Assembly: GCA_963924565.1 (NCBI GenBank)
Contig: OZ004609.1
Coordinates: 25,792,001-25,856,000 of the forward strand
Length of the DNA: 64,000 nt
Origin: Ascidiella aspersa
Taxonomy: Eukaryota
Direction: 5' to 3'
Position numbers and translations under genes: made by a program. Positions 1 through 14,100 of this stretch are shown here, piece after piece; positions within the stretch are counted from its first letter, which is position 1; every line of letters begins with the position of its first letter. The notes under the pieces are model-generated. The model was not told where the DNA came from and did not search any database. It saw only the letters and a program-made list of their open reading frames with translations.

Positions 1-228
1 CGTAGCATCAGAATTGAAAGTTACACCTATCCAATCTAAAACTAATAAATCAAGTAAACTTTGTTGTGTTCTTCAGGTTACTTTTTATAACATTATGTTT
101 AGACATTACTTTGTGGCGTCACATTTTAACAGAACTTTGTAACTTCACATTGTGATGTCATCTCTGAAAAAAAATCTTTTCCCCTCCCACCAAACGAAAA
201 TCCTAGATCTGTGGCTACTTGGTCGTAC

Positions 229-969
229 CAATGATTGCTCTCAAGGGGCTCTGTGATGTTATTTCTACACGGCAAGTTGGGCATTGGTTGTTCCTGTCAA
301 GCCAAGCATTCATGCACACACTGCAGAAGACATGGTGGTTGCTGCAGGTGACAGGCTCCTTTACCTACAACATGAACAAAGTATTAGCAACAAACAAATA
401 TTTACTTCTGGTGTTTATGCTGTGCAATGAAACGTTGAAAAAAAAAAAAAAAGTTTGAGGGGGAGGCCAAGAATTCCTGATAGGCTTTGCAAAAGGCAGA
501 AATTAAGTTAATGTAGTGAGCTATTTTGCTGAACCAAAACACTAGATTGCCTGGGGATTTATTTATAAAACGATAATGTAAGTCGAATAAGTTGTAAAAT
601 GCGAAAATTATGACATGGATAACGCTGAAAAAACAACGTGGGGGTTCATGTTTCCCGCGTAAAGCAATTTTTTTGCTGACGGCAACGTTTTAAGGGCTTC
701 ACTGTAACATGCAAGCAAAACGAGATTTAACGAATTGCAACTTAAACACGATATAAACACTATACACGGAAAATTAGGAATCATTATACGCGTGTTATGA
801 GTAAACAAAAAAATATTTTTTTACGTAAAAAAATATTTTGTGTCATAAATGACTCGAAACATTTTTTTTAAACAAAATTTTAATAAAAAATTACCTTGCC
901 AAGGCAAATTTGACAAGAAATAGGCAAAGTAAAGGACACAGAAGAACGCAGCTCCTTCCCGCCAGACAT
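229..969 (-). CDS. OBI1: ORC ubiquitin ligase 1 / RING finger protein 219, 5' part (exons 969-895 and 364-229; gene continues left of the window)
   Basis: Spliced translation MSGGKELRSSVSFTLPISCQICLGK|VKEPVTCSNHHVFCSVCMNAWLDRNNQCPTCRVEITSQSPLRAIIG is an N-terminal RING finger. It closely matches the recalled human RNF219/OBI1 start (LTLPITCHICLGKVRQPVICINNHVFCSICIDLWLKNNSQCPACRVPIT). GT/AG sites are in phase. Confidence 0.9.
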
Positions 970-1260
970 CTCAAAACTAGCGTACTATGATCTGTTACGT
1001 CACAATGAAGTGAAACGCTTCATCGCGCATCGCACGAGACTATTGTTTACTTTTTATCCTTTCTAAACTTTTTATTGGAAAAATTCTAAATTTTACGTTA
1101 AACGTGCATCACTAAAAATGGTATTTATTTTAGAGCATAAACCCCGATTAATCGTAACGATATCTTCCTGTGAGTTTGTTTACATTCGATGTAGTATGAC
1201 GTCATAAATGCTTGGCATTGCAACGTGGATCAGCTGTAGTGCTAGTTTCTCTAACAACCA
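970..1260. promoter_or_regulatory. Probable bidirectional promoter of OBI1 and SLC10A7 with CRE-like elements
   Basis: Short CpG-containing gap between the OBI1 ATG (969, -) and a putative non-coding SLC10A7 exon ending at the donor AAT|GTAAGT (1336). It contains TTACGTCA (~995) and the palindrome TGACGTCA (1197-1204). Confidence 0.55.
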
Positions 1261-2549
1261 GCTGAAAGGTGAATGCGTCTGTCGATGAGCCGAAGATTGA
1301 GCCACCTGTGGATTAGAATTTTATAGCAAAACAATGTAAGTGTGTTTTAGCATTACCACAATAAAGTTAAATAGAAAAGCGGCATCTGCGAAAATTTTGC
1401 ATTGTTAGATGTTCATTTTAATACTGTATAATTTAATTTTTGGCACTGGTCTTGAATCCTACCACATTTTAGTCAGGGAGTTTATATTGCTAACATTATT
1501 TTGGTTATGTTTGGTTCCGACTTTCGGGTTAGTCAAGTAATATTATTATATTTATTTTTACATATTTTTTTTTCAATTTTGACCACTCGTTTTGTGACTT
1601 TAAAAAAAGTTGTAGGATTTAAAGCCTGCGCCTATTTTTGTGATTTGGTAAAAGTATAGGTATGTTCTACACATGTGTGTCTATTGTGTATATGTGATAG
1701 TACAAATTATTTATTAGAATAAAATCTTTTTTTTTCTGTTCAAAAAATTGCTTTGTAGAAGATTTTTATTTGTAGAAAAAAGTTTTTAGAAGTGTTTTTA
1801 AAGTGGAATTAGGCTTTTTTATGACACAAAGATATTGTAAAATAATTGTTTTCTTGCCCGATTAATTTATCATTTGTAAAACTTTCCAAAAAGTGGTAGG
1901 AAGCATGGGAAGTGCCTGGCAGCCACTTCCACCATGTTCTGAATTCATTGTGAGATCAATAAGCATATTATTGCCTTCTTCTTAAACAGAGGGTTTGCAT
2001 ATTTACCCTGAGGGCATATCTAGGGCTACTATTAGCAAGTTGTATACTAAATTATCCATTGATAGGAAGGCTGAATAACTTTGTAGTAACTAAAAAAGTG
2101 TAACTTTTTACGAGCTACCAGATCTAGGTTGTAGGCACACTTAAGGTGCATCATTTAGTAGGTTAGATGCATAGTGTGTAATATAGTGTTTATACTTCGT
2201 ATATTGGAACTTTATCAATTATTTGTTGTTTTAGTGAAACCAGTACATGACCAGTATAACATTTATAGCTGATAGAGAGATGTGGATTATTAGATAACAA
2301 TTTTTGTAGTAAGTGTCATCCTTCATTTTTTGATAATGCTAATTTTTTAGTGGTTTTGGTTTATAAGGTATGACTATTTTTGTCCCTCTCCATAACTGTG
2401 GACAGTGATCCTGTTAAAACCAATTTTTGTATTCTCAAAGAAAGTTGGAAAGTATGACTAAACTGCTTGTTTTTTCCAGAATCAGTTAAATTTTTTCACA
2501 AATTTAACTTTAAATGATTTGGACCAAGCCGAAAGCTTATCAGAAAGAC

Positions 2550-5500
2550 ATGGCACCCTCAGTTGGCTTCATTGGCTCAATAAAAGAGAAACTGCTGAAG
2601 AACTGGTTTGTCATTGGGATTGTTGGTGTCATCCTCATGGCAAAAGTCAATCCTGGATTTGGTGCGAAAGGAGGTGAGCTCTAAAATAAATTTGAAAATA
2701 AATCAAGTATAGTTCAGTGTAAACTTCATCTGTGTTATTTTTGTTAAAACCAATGTAAATTAAGTTGTTGGCGATTGTAAAGATTGATTCGATATTTTTG
2801 GATAATTTGTATATTTTTATATACTAAAACACGGGTTTGTTGTGGAAAGGTGTAATATTTTGTGTTGCTTTAAGGTATAAAACTTTATTTAAGCATGTTT
2901 AAAAACAACTCAACTCCTCTTCACACAGCGTTAAAAGCAATCGGCCGTTGTGCAATAGGTATTTTTTAAGTCGCCCTTTTGGACTAAACTCTTTCAGGAT
3001 CTACGATCCTATCACGTGTGGCTTTAGTTTATATTAAGCTGCCTGATCGGGACGCGCAACACTTAATTGGAAACCGGCATCTAGAGTTAAATTAATATCT
3101 CGTCCGACAAGTAGTTCCCGTTGGAGTTAATCAGTCATGCGCTTTTTTGTTGCGCAACTTTGCCTCAATCCGCGAAGGCGGCGGAAATCTGCGGCCAGAA
3201 GTTACCATGACGGATTGTCCGACGACGGTGCGCTCTTACGTTGGCCAGTTTTTACGACCTCGATTAGCGCCCGGCCCTTTGTTCTTCCACAACCTTTATA
3301 CGTGGCATTTTCCGCTCTTGTAGCGAGTTAACATGCAAATCTAAAATCACTTTACATTGGCGTGGCGGTATAGCCAAACTCTAACCCTAACTACTTCAGC
3401 TTTTTGTTTATAGGTTTGGTGCTAAGATCAAATGCTAAAGAAGCACCGTTTGTTCAAACGTATTTTTGCCTTTTAATCTTTGGAGAAACAAAACGGGAAC
3501 ACACAATACAACCTACAAAGCAACAATACCTAAATCAGAAAAATCTATAATAACCTGGTATTAAGACCAACGACACAATGAAGCCAAATTCTGGCTATTT
3601 AGGCCCTATTCCGACAGATTTAGGACTTATTCCGATTTATACATTCCTACAACTATTAGGTATTACTTCTATTTTGGTATTTTTCCGAACTGTGTTTTAT
3701 TTCCGACGTTGATGTTGTCCGAAAAAAACGTTTTAAAATGAATATTGTCCTTTTACCAAGCCTTTTTTGTTTGCCTGTAGTTTAGGTTTACGTAGCTGAA
3801 TTGATATTTGCACATCGCTTAAATCACTGTTGTTTTATAGGCCCGCTCATGCCCGAGATAACGGTGAAGTACATCGCGGTGTCGGTAATCTTCTTCAACA
3901 GTGGATTGTCGCTGAAAACCGAAGAACTAAAGAAAGCGCTGATGATGGTTCGTGATTCGTTACTTTGTTTTATGTCCAACTCGGTCATAAAAGTTGGTTG
4001 TTTCTAAAAATCTTGTTTGTTTTTTATATGAGGGGTTAGATTAGACCGAACAGTACTTGGCGGGGATATACTGGGATAACGGTGTAAGAGTATTATTCTT
4101 GGATTCTTTAAACGAAACACAAAGCTTTTTGTTATGATGCCATTAAATAAACTTTTAAACGGCCAAAACTATCGACCATCATGATTTTTGCGATTTTACC
4201 CGCTTTGTCACAATTGATTAGGTTCAAGCCAAACCTCCAAATTTCTTTATTTCTGTATAGTGGATTACGGCGTTAGGCAACACGCGCCAGTAAGCCTCGT
4301 CTCATAAAGTATAACTTCCTGTTAATTTCCTGCCCGCAAATGAAAAATGCCATCAAGTAAAAATTGATCTGTGTGCATTTCGCATTCCAACGTTAACCAA
4401 ATTGTCTACGTTAACCAGTTTGTCTGTTGTTTTGCTTCGCAGGTTCAGTTGCACGTCTTTATTCAGTCGTTCACCCTGCTGTTCACCCCTTGCTTCATGT
4501 GGGCCCTCTTGCATTATTTCCTCTCCAAGACCGCCATCAATGTTTTTCTCCTTCAGGGGTTCGTCCACATTCCTTGGTCTTACAGTTTCTGAAGACTATT
4601 TTTGTAGCACCTTATTGACCGCGAAAGAATTTAGTTGGTTAATTAGAGAAAAAATACGATAACTCGAATAATGAGCACCTACAACATGCTACGTAGGGCT
4701 TTATGTTTTTTTATAGTTTTATTCGCTACATCGTTCTACTATTTCTCAGTCTATAGCGTTTCGAAGTGGCCTGTATAAAATTGTTCGCAAAAAAAGCGAT
4801 TGTGTTTGTAATTTTCGCGCCCAAGCTTGAGAATCCCAAACGGGAACAGAGTTTATTTCGCGTGTTGTTTTCGTCGAACGTTTTCTCGTAAGTTCTAGAT
4901 GGGACTTAATTTCAAACACTCTACAATGTCAAAATATAATTTATTAAACTTTAGTTCAATATTATAAAATGTCGTTTCCCTCTGCAGACTACAAGTGGTG
5001 AGCTGCATGCCGCCCCCCGTCTCGTCGGCCGTGATCTTCACCAAGGCAGTGGGGGGCAACGACGCCGGCGCCATCTTTAATTCGGCCTTCGGTAGTTTCC
5101 TGGGAATCGTCGTTTCGCCCATTCTGGTTTTCCTCTTTGTGAGTATTCATGTTCACTTTTAGGAGTAACTTACAGAGGTCAAGGATTGCACATGGGTTCC
5201 GCCATTTCGTTTTTTTACCTGAATTTTATTACATTTATAACGTGTCTTTTACAACACTGCGTGTTAAGGATGAAAAGCGACTTTTTGTAAAACAATATTG
5301 ACCATTCAGTCTCAACTTGGTTCTATGTTGATTTATGAATAGTTATTTGCTTATTGAATAAAATTTTAATCCATCCACTCATTATTGCATATCACGTTGA
5401 TTCAATCTAATAGCAAATTATCACCTTTCCATGGTATTAATTACTACTAACGTACTGTTAGAAGCCGTCCCAAGTACACTTTAAAGAGACCATGATCTTG

Positions 5501-8500
5501 AATAAAAAGTATCAAAAAATCTCGTGTAATTAAAAATAATCGTATTAAAAACGACCATTTATTGTAAATTCTTAACTATACGTTTTAAATGATATCTTTT
5601 GTTCGGTTTTTATATTAATATTTTGGAATGTTGTGATCTAAGTCAATTAAGTTGATTAAAATAGGCGGGCTTATAATTACCCTATACGTAAAACTGTCCC
5701 ATAAAACGCACAGAGGTATTTTGTGATGCACAGTAATTGTCCGCGATATAAGCCCCATGTAAAGTTCAATCAGTATGCCTTTCAAGAATGCTGTCAATTT
5801 GAGTTTCTTCTGCTTTTTAGATGGGTTCGTCATCGACTGTTCCGTTCGTGGACATTTTCTCGAGTCTGTTTGTTACCGTCGTGGTGCCTATCTTGTGTGG
5901 ACAAGTAAGTTGTCATGTTATGTTTGGCATTAAAAGCGCACGTCACACTACGCTATAGTTATTTTATCGCGGGGAAGCGCATTGTGTCTATTGCATAATC
6001 CTCTCACCAAACTAAACCTGTTACTCTGGTTTGAATGCGTTGTTTCCTGTCGACGTTTTTGTCGACATGTAAAATTCACGTGCCCCGAGGCAACGTTAAA
6101 AACATGCATAAAATAAGCAATTTATATAGCTTTTCAATCTTTTGGCTTTTTAGTAACAGATAGTAGTAATTAGGTTACTATAAAATCTTTAAATCGCTTT
6201 TAATTACGTTACTTAACAACAAAACATTTGTTCCTGAATTTCGAAAATCGTGTTGAGCCACCGTGATACTTTTGGGCCCATTGTATTGTTTGCTAATGGG
6301 CGGTGCCTGCTTATGTAAACGAAACGCCCAAAGGCGACACGTTTTGCGCCCAAGTGTAAAAGAACAAACATAGAACAAGCACACCGCCAACCAGGGGAGC
6401 GCCACCGCAAAAAGTGATCAAATTTGTGGCAACCCAATAAAATTTAGATATCTTTTCCGAATCGCATCCTTGGTATCTCGTTATATCATTTTGAAAAGCC
6501 TGGGAACCTTTTTCTAAATTAAAGACCGAGCTCCAGAACTAAACTTAAATTCCGCTCTCTATTATCTCGTTAAAAGATAGGGGTGTCCGATATTTGGTGT
6601 AACATTCCGATACCAGTACCGGATATATCGGACAAAAAGTATCGCTATCCGATCCAATACCAAATGACGTTGTTACTACTCAAATCAGCACAATTGATCT
6701 AAGTGCAATGGTAATGATTTTCAGGGTATTAGGCCCAATTTAACTTTTGCCCTGGGAAGCCAACTTACCTTCTATTTGAAATGTAATATTTTTCGCGGAT
6801 TTAATCTATAAAGGTAGACGACTCGAGGTTGGACGGACAAACAAGGGTGCAATGCCCATTTTGATTTGGTATCGGCCGACACCGATATCTTCGCCGAACG
6901 AGTAGCGATAGTCTTGGCATCTTGTTTCGTATCCGATTCAATATTATCGGGCATCTCCATTTAGCGAGTTGCGTTCAAAAAATGTAGAAAAATATATTTA
7001 ACGTAGGAAAAATAGCCACCTTCAAATTAAACTATACTCGCTTGTTACGATTTTTTTACTTTTTTTAGATCGTCCGCCAGTTTATCAAAGGCTGGTTGGA
7101 GAGGGTAAATCCCCCATTCGGGACAATCGGCAGCTTCATTCTGCTGCTGATCATTTACACGACATTTTGTGACACCTTCTCCAACTCCGCCCTTAAGATC
7201 GACAAGTTCAGCCTCATCTGCGTCGCCGTAACTGGTATATTGATGCTCTTACTGTTGCTCAAAACCACAGCTTTACTTACGTGATGACCAAAAGCACTTA
7301 GTATTTTTTATTTCTTCGTTAGGGAAAGCGTAGGGCGGTTAATTTCCTGAATAAATGTTATTTTCTTTGGAATGTTTACCTGAGGCTTATTCATTTTATT
7401 TTTTTCGAGTTTTTCTGTGCAACATTCCTTATTAATACTAAAATAAAGCTTTGTATTTTAATGAACAGTCGTTTATGCAAATCACAGTTAAGTCGTTTCA
7501 TCGTAACTATATCATTGTCGACAGCGTATCGACGAATTAAAGGGAAATTTTCTGGATTCATAAACAATAAAAAAAATATTATGAACAGTGTTTTTACATT
7601 GTTCGAATACATCGAAACTGATTCATACCGAAACTCCTGATTTTAAACCTACATTTTTCGAACCAATAAAATTGAACATAAAGCGTTCCTTATATAAGCA
7701 AGAAATTCCTAGCCCATAAACCTAAAATAATTTATATTTCTTTTGCGCAGTGTTCTGCGTGCAAGTGACCCTCATCTCCACCGTCTTCATGATTACGACC
7801 CGCGTAAAGTGGCTTGGCTTTCAACCAAGGGACACAGTGGCCGCTATGTTCTGCTCAACCCACAAATCGCTGACGCTCGGTAAGGGTTTGTTGTTCCTCT
7901 CACTCGAGGTATTTTTTATATTCAATTGTAAAATTGTTCTTCCGCCAAATTTTTATTAAACGTTTTTCTTATTGTTTGCCTGGTATATACATATTTTTTC
8001 GCCTATAGTTGCAAAAATTAGCCCAAAAGAATATTGCCCGAATAGGTGGTCGAAACGTTGATGCTTTAATAAAATTTTGCCGGAAGAACAAATTTACAAC
8101 TGAATACATAGCAACAGTAGATTTATTTTTTATTGTTACCACGGGCAAACAATTCCTTTCGCGTTCTGCTGAAACTGGTTTTTCGCATACTCGAGTTGAA
8201 TTTATTGTACAGCATTTGAACAGTCGCTGGCAATTTTGTTATTATACACTCGTTTTATACATTTAATTTTAAAATGTTTAGTGAATTTAACAATTCATTA
8301 CCACCTGTTGGCATACTGTAAAAGCAAAGCATTTGCTTTTGCCGCGTGTTATTTACTTCGTTTTTAAGAGGTAATTTAACTATATAAAACTACTGGTTTC
8401 GCCTACAAAAAACACTGCTTTCGAATACGGATTGTTTGCGAAAGTAATTCAGTAGCTTTTAGAATGCTCAAGGATTCTGGTCTACAGGTGTGAGCACCTC

Positions 8501-9163
8501 ACCCCTATTTTTAGCTTGTGCCTCACCTTGGCTTAACGACTGAAACTGATTTTGTCTTAAAATAATTCACGCCCTTTCGGACCAAGCTATCGTGACTCTT
8601 TATACTTTTTATTATTGCAACGTATACACACGCGGTGCGAATAGTGGGTGGGGAACTCCCTGCTGATTTAGTCGGCCGATTCATAAATTAAGCTATGCCT
8701 ACCGGCATACAGTTTGCCATCCAAAGCGGTAGAAGCGAAAAATTACATCTACGCTATAAATATAAACCATTTCATGCCGCTTTTTTGCTTTCTACTGGTT
8801 TTATAGGGAAAGGTGTCGTGTTGCTGTATGCCTCTATAATTGTCATGTCCAAACGCACGTGTAAGAAAATCCCTGTTTTGTCAACGAATTATTACATTAA
8901 GAAGCAATGTTGGCCGTCATGCATGCTACCGTGTAAAGCGACAGAAAGGGAAAATCACTTGGTTTCACGCTATCTTTTTTCCACCAGGTATCCCGATGAT
9001 CAAGGTGATCTACCAAGGTTCACCCTACCTCTCCCTACTCACCATCCCGCTGCTCATCTACCACCCTACCCAGATGCTGCTGGGCGGCTTCCTCGTGCAA
9101 ACGGTTCGCGGCTGGATGCACCGCGCCCAAAAGACGGCCTCCGGCCTGCCCCCTCTCAACTAA
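2550..9163 (+). CDS. SLC10A7: Sodium/bile acid cotransporter family member 7, about 350 aa, 8 coding exons
   Basis: Exons 2550-2673, 3841-3947, 4443-4558, 4988-5138, 5821-5904, 7069-7234, 7751-7879 and 8988-9163 join in frame (1053 nt). Signature peptides: [101 protein letters not shown]. 5' UTR intron probably 1336-2479. Confidence 0.95.
6578..6959. mobile_element. Non-autonomous DNA transposon (hAT-like MITE) in a SLC10A7 intron
   Basis: Imperfect terminal inverted repeats TAGGGGTGTCCGATA ... TATCGGGCATCTCCA with several subterminal CCGATA/TATCGG motifs. A related fragment lies at about 47023-47180. No clear TSD. Confidence 0.65.
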
Positions 9164-11164
9164 CCCCACACATGTCTGTGTTGCAAATATTTGCACGCCC
9201 CCCTTTAACCCGTCTTATCGGTCTAAACAGGGCGGCAAGACGTCTCACTTTCTTCCACCAGAAAATGCGGCCTTGGCTGCGCCTATCTCGTAGCCGCGTA
9301 GATTAGCAGTTCTCCTTTTCTGACGAGTTGATTATATTATTTATGACGCGTACTCATTGCTGCAGTTTAGTTCAGTTTTCGTTGCGAAGCAGTTCGATCA
9401 TTGTGAAACCATTTAGACTTGTCTCTAGGCGTTTCGTCAGGTCGCTTAGTTATCCTAATCCTCCGTAGTGATACGTAAATGCTCTTAGGTTTGTTTTTAT
9501 TCTTGAAGCAGGCGTCCTGCCGGAATTGACAGGCCCAGTTTTATTTTAATGCTGAAGCAGCATTGATTTGAACACGTCTCGTGTTATTTCTAATGTCTAA
9601 GGTGCCTTAACGCTTTTACTTTTATCGATGATATACCCTTTTTAGTCGCTCAAAATGTTACTGTGCTTGAGCGAATGCCGCCTGAAAACACACTGCTGAT
9701 TTAAAGCAGATCCTAATGACACATTGACTTTTTATGAATAGCGAAACACAAGTTTTCCGTCTACGTGTTTATTGTTCTTTTTTAATTAGTGTAAACTAGG
9801 TTTAAGTAGTGTATGTCATGACAGTAAATTTGAATTTAATCGTAATTAGAAATACCGAAGTCCTGCTAATATCCTGTTTGCGGGTTTAGCATAATCGAAA
9901 CTAATCTTTACCGTGATTATTTGGAATGACAAGCATACTTTACTTCCCCTTTTGTTTATTGCCACTATATTTGACGGGTCTTTGTGTGATGCAAGTGAAC
10001 TTTAGTGCTCTGCAACGATTCCATAGTGCGCAGTGTAACTAAGAAAGTTATTTTTTTTGTTATTTATCTTAAAACATATCTACGGCTTTTCCAGGGTTAA
10101 AAAAAACATTGACAAGTATTTTTTCATTATTTTTTTGTTACGTGAAGCCAATTAACTACATTGTGAAATTGCCAGTTGAAGTTAATAACTCTCCCATGTA
10201 GCTTAATATTTTAATATTTTGTTACTTGTGACATGAAATATTTAAAGTGTTTTAAAAAAAACACAACCAGCATTTTTAATAATTTTCCTTACGTTAGAAC
10301 AATTAGCTTAACTTAATGCCAGTTGAAGCTAACTGACTCTTTCCTGTAATAAATTGAGCCTTTTTAAACCGAAAAAAAAAACTGAACTTAATGTCGCTTG
10401 ATTTTTCCATATGTTTTAAACTGCCCATAATAATTTTTAGAGAATTTGTTTTTCGCGAGGGTGACCTTTTCGTCGTGGCCTGCACAAATCGTTTTGCGCC
10501 CGCTTTTTATGTCTTGAAGTTTAACAAAGTCGTGCTATATTTACATGCAAATACATATATATTCAGCAAACGAGTAAAACAGTACATCAAAAGCTGGCGT
10601 TTGGAGAACAACGTTGTCCGAAAGGTATCACAGTGACAAGCACAATACGTAAAGTACGCACGACAAAAGTAGAATGCAAATTAGGCCCTTGGCCAAAACT
10701 CATTGGGTCCAGTATAAACCAAAATCCACCGTACTGTTCCAACATTACCCGGCGGCTCTCGACTGCAAAAATTAGAGCTCTGTATGAAATATAGATAGTA
10801 TATAGGATTATAATATAACGACGGAAGTTGCATCGCAAGTCCCGGCAATTATTGTGGCCTTGAATGAAATATAGTTGTGGGGGGAATGTATCAGCGGAAA
10901 ATTACACAAGTGCAATTTATGGGACGCAAAACTTTCATGTGACAATTTTCCACAATTATTGCGGTACACTCTCCTTTATTGAGCCATTCGGACTATTTTC
11001 TTTAAAAGCAAAAAATCCAAAGCTGCCATTGATTACAAAAGTCTCAACTTTTGTACGATGCGTGGTACTTGCGACGTTCCGTGGCTCACTTGAAGACACG
11101 TCGAACGACCGAAACCTCCGCCAGCAAAGGTATGGTAGAGAACTCGATAAATAATATGGCGAAA

Positions 11165-14100
11165 TCACGTTTCTCCAGGAGTCGATTTTGTGTTGAGGGT
11201 GCCAAACAGTAATTCTTCTTGCTCTCGTAGCGTATCGGTGTCCAGGCAACTGCTGTTGTACATCTGGCTCGAGTTGTCGTGACCATGTTGCTGTAAGGAC
11301 CGAATTAAATTGAATTTAAGCGAAAAGCCATTGGTAACGTGCATGGATATTAAACGTCAACAGTAAAGATTATTTTACGTCCGTGAAAAACAAATAAAAT
11401 ATACTTCTGTTCGACAATAATAGTTATTCAATTTTTTGCGTTGTTAAAGCTAGATTTAGCTAACGCTACTTGTAATCAATGTGCTTATTTTCATTTAAGT
11501 CTACATACAACCCCTAGACATGCTTAAAAGATTTTATGTTGTTCCTACAATTTTGATTATCCTTGTGGGTAACTTATTACTGCTATATCACGAAGAGCCA
11601 ACTTGGTCAAACTATTTTATTACATTTCTTACAAGTGTGGCACTTACTTTCATGAGTTGCAATTGCCGCTGAGCGAGGTAGTAAGCCGCTTTTGGACGCG
11701 GTGTGGTCGGCCTTTCCACTGTGCAAGTCCGCATCTGTTCACCAACTGGTGGCACACGATCTAAAAGAGAAAAAGATTAAGTTGCAGTACTGCAAAAACG
11801 ACAGCTTTTTAAGCCAATGTTTTCGTAATTAGGTGATTGGGGAAGGGTCGGTCGATTTTAAAGCCGTTTATATTGGCTAATGAACTGCATCGTCGCAGAT
11901 TCGGATTTAAAAATGATAGCTTTAAACCTATGCAAAAAAAGGGCTATAAAGCCAATAACGAAAGCAATAACATTATTTTATATTGTAGACAAATAGGGTT
12001 CTTATCAAGAGATTGTGTTGTACAAGTCTATGTGCGAAACTGATAAAGAATTTCAAATATGTCCTGCTAGGTGTATAGCCACAAGCAAGCCATAAAAACA
12101 AATATATAAAGTATATCTCAAACATTTGTGTGCGTCATATCGATAATAATATTTTATTCACCGGATTCCGTGTCGATGTTGCTGCAGCTTTTTCCGTCAG
12201 GGGGCGTTGTGAGTCTGCATCGAAGCTCAGCTGATTCTTTATTGTTATTTTGGCCTATACAACAATTCAGTAAGCCCAATCAAATTGCGAAAGTTAATTA
12301 ATTTGGAAAGCATTTCACTTAAATTTAAGGAAAATAATATTGTTAAATAGTTATCCGATATTTATCAGTATTTACAATAATTTCTTAACAACCACTAAGT
12401 CTAGAAAAACGACCCGCTATTAAAAACTCTGTAAGTGAAGCAAATGCAAATATTTTCGATTTGGTTATTAGTTGCCAATTCGCGCGAAAGTTGGCGGGCC
12501 TCTTTTTTTCAATTGCCCTTATTACACTTAAAATCGTATCTTCGTGGCCTGTCATTGCAGTTATATCAAGGAAAAATCTGTCTAACCTGCGTTTTTTTGC
12601 CTGCAAGCGTGTCGCAAGATCACCAAAGATACGATGAAAATTATCACCGCACAACCGCCGATGGCGCCAAAGAGTACTGGATTTTTGACGAGCGACGAAA
12701 TCCACAAATTTACAGCTGAATCCGACGGCTGTGTGGAATTATTCCTTATTTCGGGAACGGCGGTAAACACTTCAGAGCGATCTGAGAACAACACAAGTCA
12801 AGTATAAAGCCCATAAAGCATAAATTGTTGTTCATATTTTAAAAAGGTTAAAAGCAAATGTCAACATAGAAAGGCTGAATGGACTTTTAGTACGAACAGT
12901 TTTTTTTTTAAACTGCTTCATACTGTTTTACTATGCAAGTTTTCCTCGAACACTATTGATCTATATGCGTTAACACCGCGTAAAATATGCTATGATTAAC
13001 ATTGATAAGGCTCCTAAACCCATTAGCAGCAGGTTTCTCGGGGTTCAAACGTGTCGAAGTTTCAGCAAAAGGGAGGACTAATTGATATCGATTTCTCCCA
13101 ACCTATACGCGTTACACCAAGCAAAACTTGTTGTCGAGAAATTTCGTCAGCCGTTGCTTAATTTTAGTCACGGGCATCGGCGGGCTTAAAGTTCGGTCTT
13201 AACAAGTGGTTGAACATCTTCGATCGGTAAACAGACCGCCGCAAGTTAGTCGATAAGGCCGACAAACAAATCGAGAAAACCACTTGTGAATTTGCCTACC
13301 AACTGCTCTGTACAAGATGGTAAAACCGCAGGGCTCCGACAGCGCGTACGACATCGACATGGCAAACGTCACAGTCGCCGCGTAGTAATTGCTGGTGAAC
13401 GTCTGATTTCGATGAGTGACCACCGCTGTCCGATTCGCGTCGGAGATACTGATGACGTCATCGTAGCCTACTTGAAGGTCGATGACGTGGAAACGTATCA
13501 CGCGACCAATCAGACCCGCAAAGACCTTCCAGACCTGAAATAAAATTGATACGTCTTGTACACCGGGGCTGAAAACCATTTAAATAAGGAATAAAAGTCT
13601 TTAACACAGCCATTTTAAAATGTCAAGTGCTATAATTCCAACGAGAACAGATAAGTATACTGCAAATCCTAAATCCATTAAAGACCTAAATATATTTGAA
13701 GCATTTAATCAAAAAAACGATTGATTTAAAACATTTCAAAGCTGACAAAGAGGCTATATCACGGATGAAATATTGTATCCGAGATTTCATCTGCGTCCGG
13801 CCGCGTACAGTTGAAACCGCCGAGATTGTTTCGCCGATAAAAACCTGCCACAAAAGGCTCGGGTTTACTTGCTTTACGTGATCGCGGTGGCGTCAGTTCA
13901 TTGAAAAGTAAAAAAAACTACACCCCCTTTTGAAATAAAACTACAGCCCCTTTTTGAAATACAAGGTTCTATAAAGGAGCGAGATATTAATTCGCTTTTC
14001 AAACAAATCGGGAAATTAATTTTCAGTGCTAGTTTTGTCCCGCTCAGAAACAGATTTAACAGGATAACAAGAAATCCTAAGGAGAAACATGCAACTGCAC

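Noticed and set aside
7281-7350. Possible intronic C/D snoRNA (GTGATGA...CTGA)
   Set aside because: No convincing terminal stem or recognisable rRNA-complementary guide.
8695-9306. 203-aa + strand ORF
   Set aside because: Alternative frame running across the intron and GC-rich last exon of SLC10A7; no recognisable protein.
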